This document shows positions 60,989 to 64,000 of a stretch of 64,000 bases of DNA, in pieces. Source of the DNA: Candidatus Freyarchaeum deiterrae. GTDB lineage: Archaea > Asgardarchaeota > Jordiarchaeia > Jordiarchaeales > Jordiarchaeaceae. A program made the position numbers and the translations under genes. The notes below the pieces were generated by a model. It was not told where the DNA came from and ran no database searches. It saw only the letters and a program-made list of their open reading frames with translations. The stretch spans positions 352,001 to 416,000 of the forward strand of contig CP147778.1 of NCBI GenBank assembly GCA_037305845.1, read 5' to 3'. Numbering within the stretch: position 1 is the stretch's first letter; each line of letters opens with the position of its first letter.

Positions 60989-61927
60989 TTGTCTAAAAAG
61001 TATATAATTTTTTTAAGAACTGCTGGAGTAGAGATTATGCTCACCGGCTATGATGAAAACCTAACAGTTGACAATCCGAACACTATGCATAATTTCTCAC
61101 AACCGTCAGCTGAATCTCTCTTTGAGAGGGAGTTAACAGACAAGTATCATAGCGCCTTAGACCTCTACTGCAGAAATCTCAACGCTGGAAGGTTAACCAC
61201 GGGAAGCTCTCTCTTGGACTCGCTAATCGGTGGAGGTGTGGAAACCTCAACTTTCACCCTCCTCTACGGTGACGAAAGAATCCTCCAAATACTGGTGCAC
61301 AAACTACTCGTCAACGCCCTTCTCGACACCAGCAGGGGAGGCTTCGCGTCGCCCGCTGTTTACGTCTGCTGCAGCAATTACCGAAAAGAGAGAACGGTGC
61401 TCAACACCTACTACCTCGCAGACATAGCTCTAAGCGCAGGCGTAAACCCCACAGCAGCCTCAAGAAATATCCATGTTTCCATGGCCTTTAACCCCCTGGA
61501 AGAATACATCATAAGCAGAGCGACGGAAAGAGTGGTGAGAAAAACAGGCTCTAAGCTTATCCTAGTGGATAACATCGCTCTCCTGCTCTGCGACGAAAAA
61601 ATGAGAGAAGAGTTTCCAGACGTAACCCTGACATCAGTGGTGGGTGGCTTCTGGGAGGCAGCGTTCAGAAACGACGCCGCACTGGTGGTCACCTGTAGAG
61701 AAGTCCCGCCCAACCTCAACAAAAACCAGTCCATTCCCATGCCTGAGGGCGGCTCTGTGCTAAGCCAGAGAGCAGGAGTAATTGTGTACCTGCGGGTTGG
61801 ACGTCGTCGAAGAGTGTCTTTCGCGAAAGCCTACCTCCGCAAGCATCCCTCTTTAGCGAACCGAGAGGTAACCTTCACTTTCAACCGCTACAGCATTTCT
61901 GATGATTTGGTGATGGAGAGTTACTGA
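60989..61927 (+). CDS. Inactivated RadA/Rad51-like protein (iRadA); true start probably downstream (ATG 61037)
   Basis: LTTGSSLLDSLIGGGVE is followed by YGDERIL with no GxGKT P-loop. Walker B-like LILVDNI and PEGGSVL are retained. Confidence 0.8.
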   Translation: MSKKYIIFLRTAGVEIMLTGYDENLTVDNPNTMHNFSQPSAESLFERELTDKYHSALDLYCRNLNAGRLTTGSSLLDSLIGGGVETSTFTLLYGDERILQILVHKLLVNALLDTSRGGFASPAVYVCCSNYRKERTVLNTYYLADIALSAGVNPTAASRNIHVSMAFNPLEEYIISRATERVVRKTGSKLILVDNIALLLCDEKMREEFPDVTLTSVVGGFWEAAFRNDAALVVTCREVPPNLNKNQSIPMPEGGSVLSQRAGVIVYLRVGRRRRVSFAKAYLRKHPSLANREVTFTFNRYSISDDLVMESY

Positions 61928-61928
61928 T

Positions 61929-62222
61929 ATGGGTAGGATTACTGTTCCCTTCCGAGCGGAGTTTAACGAGGTGCTCGATAGGCTGAGGAAAACTTTCTAT
62001 GAGGCTCTCGTTGACCCAGAACGTCGGGAGGCTTTCGACGAGCTGGTTAAGGCGTGGTCTGAAACCAAGGGTGCCATGAGTTACGCTGAACTTCCCTCGG
62101 TTCTGCTCTCTCTTCTCTTCAGTGCTGTTGTGGATAACCGGAAGGAAATCCTGCTCCTCAAAAAGAAACTACTCGAGGGAACGGAAGAGAATGAAAGGAT
62201 GGATAACCCAGAGCTACGTTGA
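61929..62222 (+). CDS. Small helical partner of PolB2 (PPB2/arCOG07300-like)
   Basis: MGRITVPFR N-terminus and F.EAL....R.AFD.L motif. Lies between iRadA and polB. Confidence 0.75.
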   Translation: MGRITVPFRAEFNEVLDRLRKTFYEALVDPERREAFDELVKAWSETKGAMSYAELPSVLLSLLFSAVVDNRKEILLLKKKLLEGTEENERMDNPELR

Positions 62223-64000
62223 CGGAAACCGGGCGGTCAACTGGCTGAGAACACCCCAGGGCTCTGTCGAAAAGGTGGAGGAAACTTACTACCCTGACTT
62301 CTACGCTCTGCCCCGAAGAGACCTGAACCTCGACGGATTCTCCTGGCTGCTGGGAGAGGAGCCCAGAATAGTTAACGCTGAGGTCGAGGAAAAGTATCCC
62401 GATCTGAGGATGAAGAAGAAAATCAGAGTGATACATGTTCGCACAGAGTCTCCCAGAGCCTTCCGAGAAGTCATCCGCATACTCAGAGTACGTAACGCGG
62501 TCAGAAAACTCTATGGAACCGACATAACACCCATTCAAAACTACCTCTGCTCTCGAGACTTCGCTCCCACAATGTTTGTAGAATGTAAGAATCACCAGTT
62601 CACACGTATAGAAGACCCCGAGGAACTCGCTCCACCACCCCTAACCAAAATACTCCTCAGAGTGCAGGTTGATAAGAGTGGGATTTTAGCTAATCCGGAA
62701 CGCGACCCCATCAAGAAGATTATCCTACGAGATTCCGGAGAGGGAAACGAGGAGCTGAGTGGAAGTGAAGAGTACATTCTGGAAGCTCTCCAGAGAACAG
62801 TGCGGAGCCGGGACCCCGACATAATTGTAGCTCCGAATCACCCCTTCAGAAATCTTCACTACGTTGTTCAGAGGGCAAAAATCTTGGGAGTGAACCTAAA
62901 CCTGTCTCGAGGGAACGGCGACTCTGATGCTAAGTCTGACTCACTTCCATGGAGCAGTTGGAAGGGAAGAACCTGCATCTCCTTGGGGTCGTTTAAAAGG
63001 TCGGGACTTACGGGTCTGAGTGAACTCTGCCGATTCGGAATGATTCCCCTGGGATTGGCGGCCAAGTGGGCTTCGGGAAGACTTGTGGACTGCAGACAGG
63101 TTTACGAAGCTATGAAGCTCGGAGTCCTCATACCGGAGGCGAGGAGCTACAATAACTACTTCAGAACTCTGGAGGAACTCTACCTACAGGATAGAGGAGG
63201 ACTGATCATATCTCCCAAGGTGGGTTTACACGAAAACGTTTGCGCACTGGATTTCGAGTCCATGTTTCCCAACCTGGTTCTCCGGAAAAACATAAGTTAT
63301 GAGACCTGTACGCCTGAGGGAATAGACTGTTCATGCAAGGGTTTGCTTCCCAGAGTGGCTGAGGCTGCCCTGGAGCGCAGGCTGCATTTTAAGCACCTCC
63401 GTCGAAGCTTTCCTGAGGGTAGTCCGGAGTACGTTTTTGCGGATCAGCGTCAGGAGGCTTTGAAGATGATGCTGGTCGTGATATACGGTTACAGCGGCTG
63501 CACCTGGAACCGTTTCCAGTACGTCCCCACTTTCGAGAGCATCAACCTGCACGGAAGAGAAATCCTCATCAGAGCCATAAACATCTCCATGAGGGAGGGT
63601 TTCCGAGTGGTCTACGCGGACACGGACTGCGTGTTCGTCAAAAAACCGGAAGCCTCAGAAGAAGACTTTATGAGGCTGGCAAAGCAGATATCCGAGGAAG
63701 TAAAATTTCCCATCGCTATAGACAATCTGTACCGTTTCTTGGTGCTGCTGTCATCCAAGTTGGATCCCTTGGTCGATGTTGTGAAACGTTACTACGGCAA
63801 GCTGTACGATGGGAGGCTTCATCAGCGGGGAGTAGAGCTCAGAAGGCATGACACGCCCAGATTCATAAAGAGGTTCCAGGAGGAGCTTATGGAGATGCTG
63901 TTCAACGCTCAGAACGCTGAGGGGGTAAGGGAGAATTACCGTAAGGTCTTGGAATTCACTCTTCAAACCTATAATCTGGTTCTTTCCGGAGAAATGGATG
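62191..64000 (+). CDS. polB2: Family B DNA polymerase, PolB2 group (3'-truncated by window end; not in ORF track)
   Basis: Manual translation is open from MKGWITQSY to the end of the window: DRGGLIISP, LDFESMFP, ALKMMLVVIYGYSG, YADTDC, KRYYG and RGVELRRHDTP. Confidence 0.9.
   Translation, partial: MKGWITQSYVDGNRAVNWLRTPQGSVEKVEETYYPDFYALPRRDLNLDGFSWLLGEEPRIVNAEVEEKYPDLRMKKKIRVIHVRTESPRAFREVIRILRVRNAVRKLYGTDITPIQNYLCSRDFAPTMFVECKNHQFTRIEDPEELAPPPLTKILLRVQVDKSGILANPERDPIKKIILRDSGEGNEELSGSEEYILEALQRTVRSRDPDIIVAPNHPFRNLHYVVQRAKILGVNLNLSRGNGDSDAKSDSLPWSSWKGRTCISLGSFKRSGLTGLSELCRFGMIPLGLAAKWASGRLVDCRQVYEAMKLGVLIPEARSYNNYFRTLEELYLQDRGGLIISPKVGLHENVCALDFESMFPNLVLRKNISYETCTPEGIDCSCKGLLPRVAEAALERRLHFKHLRRSFPEGSPEYVFADQRQEALKMMLVVIYGYSGCTWNRFQYVPTFESINLHGREILIRAINISMREGFRVVYADTDCVFVKKPEASEEDFMRLAKQISEEVKFPIAIDNLYRFLVLLSSKLDPLVDVVKRYYGKLYDGRLHQRGVELRRHDTPRFIKRFQEELMEMLFNAQNAEGVRENYRKVLEFTLQTYNLVLSGEMD

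Noticed and set aside
60989-61927. Functional RadA recombinase
   Set aside because: Walker A GxxxxGKT is absent.

Overview
Archaeal chromosomal window. Evidence: ATP-dependent DNA ligase, ApgM, ADP-forming acyl-CoA synthetase alpha chains, a PolB2 cassette, GGAGG/GAGGTG ribosome-binding sites and T-tract terminators. Orphan 7TM, HEAT, zinc-ribbon/RING-tailed and NosD-type surface proteins suggest an Asgard-type lineage (inference only). From start to end: a Sir2 3' end, two tandem GT-C/AglB-like membrane proteins, UDG, anchor-less sdhAB, BKACE, a repeat-rich disordered protein, PpaC, a 1324-aa beta-helix single-pass protein with a cytoplasmic ZnF-RING tail, a HEAT protein, a nitroreductase-RHH-RHH-SCP2 operon, a redox-stress block (fprA, QueG-like, DUF169, HxlR, OsmC), a candidate structured ncRNA at about 29.7-29.85 kb, glycolysis genes, DNA ligase, Fur/PerR, a bacterial-type glycogen island (malQ, GH57/DUF3536, glgB, class I gap, three tandem glgP), kptA, an MNT-HEPN toxin-antitoxin pair with a decayed AbrB-PIN pair, a frameshifted surface protein, and an iRadA-PPB2-PolB2 cassette that runs off the end. 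I saw no tRNA, rRNA, CRISPR array or transposase. The most interesting candidates are the receptor-like TM-ZnF-RING protein, the snRNA-like ncRNA candidate, a fossil duplicate of an acd 3' end, and a probable AUU start for apgM.
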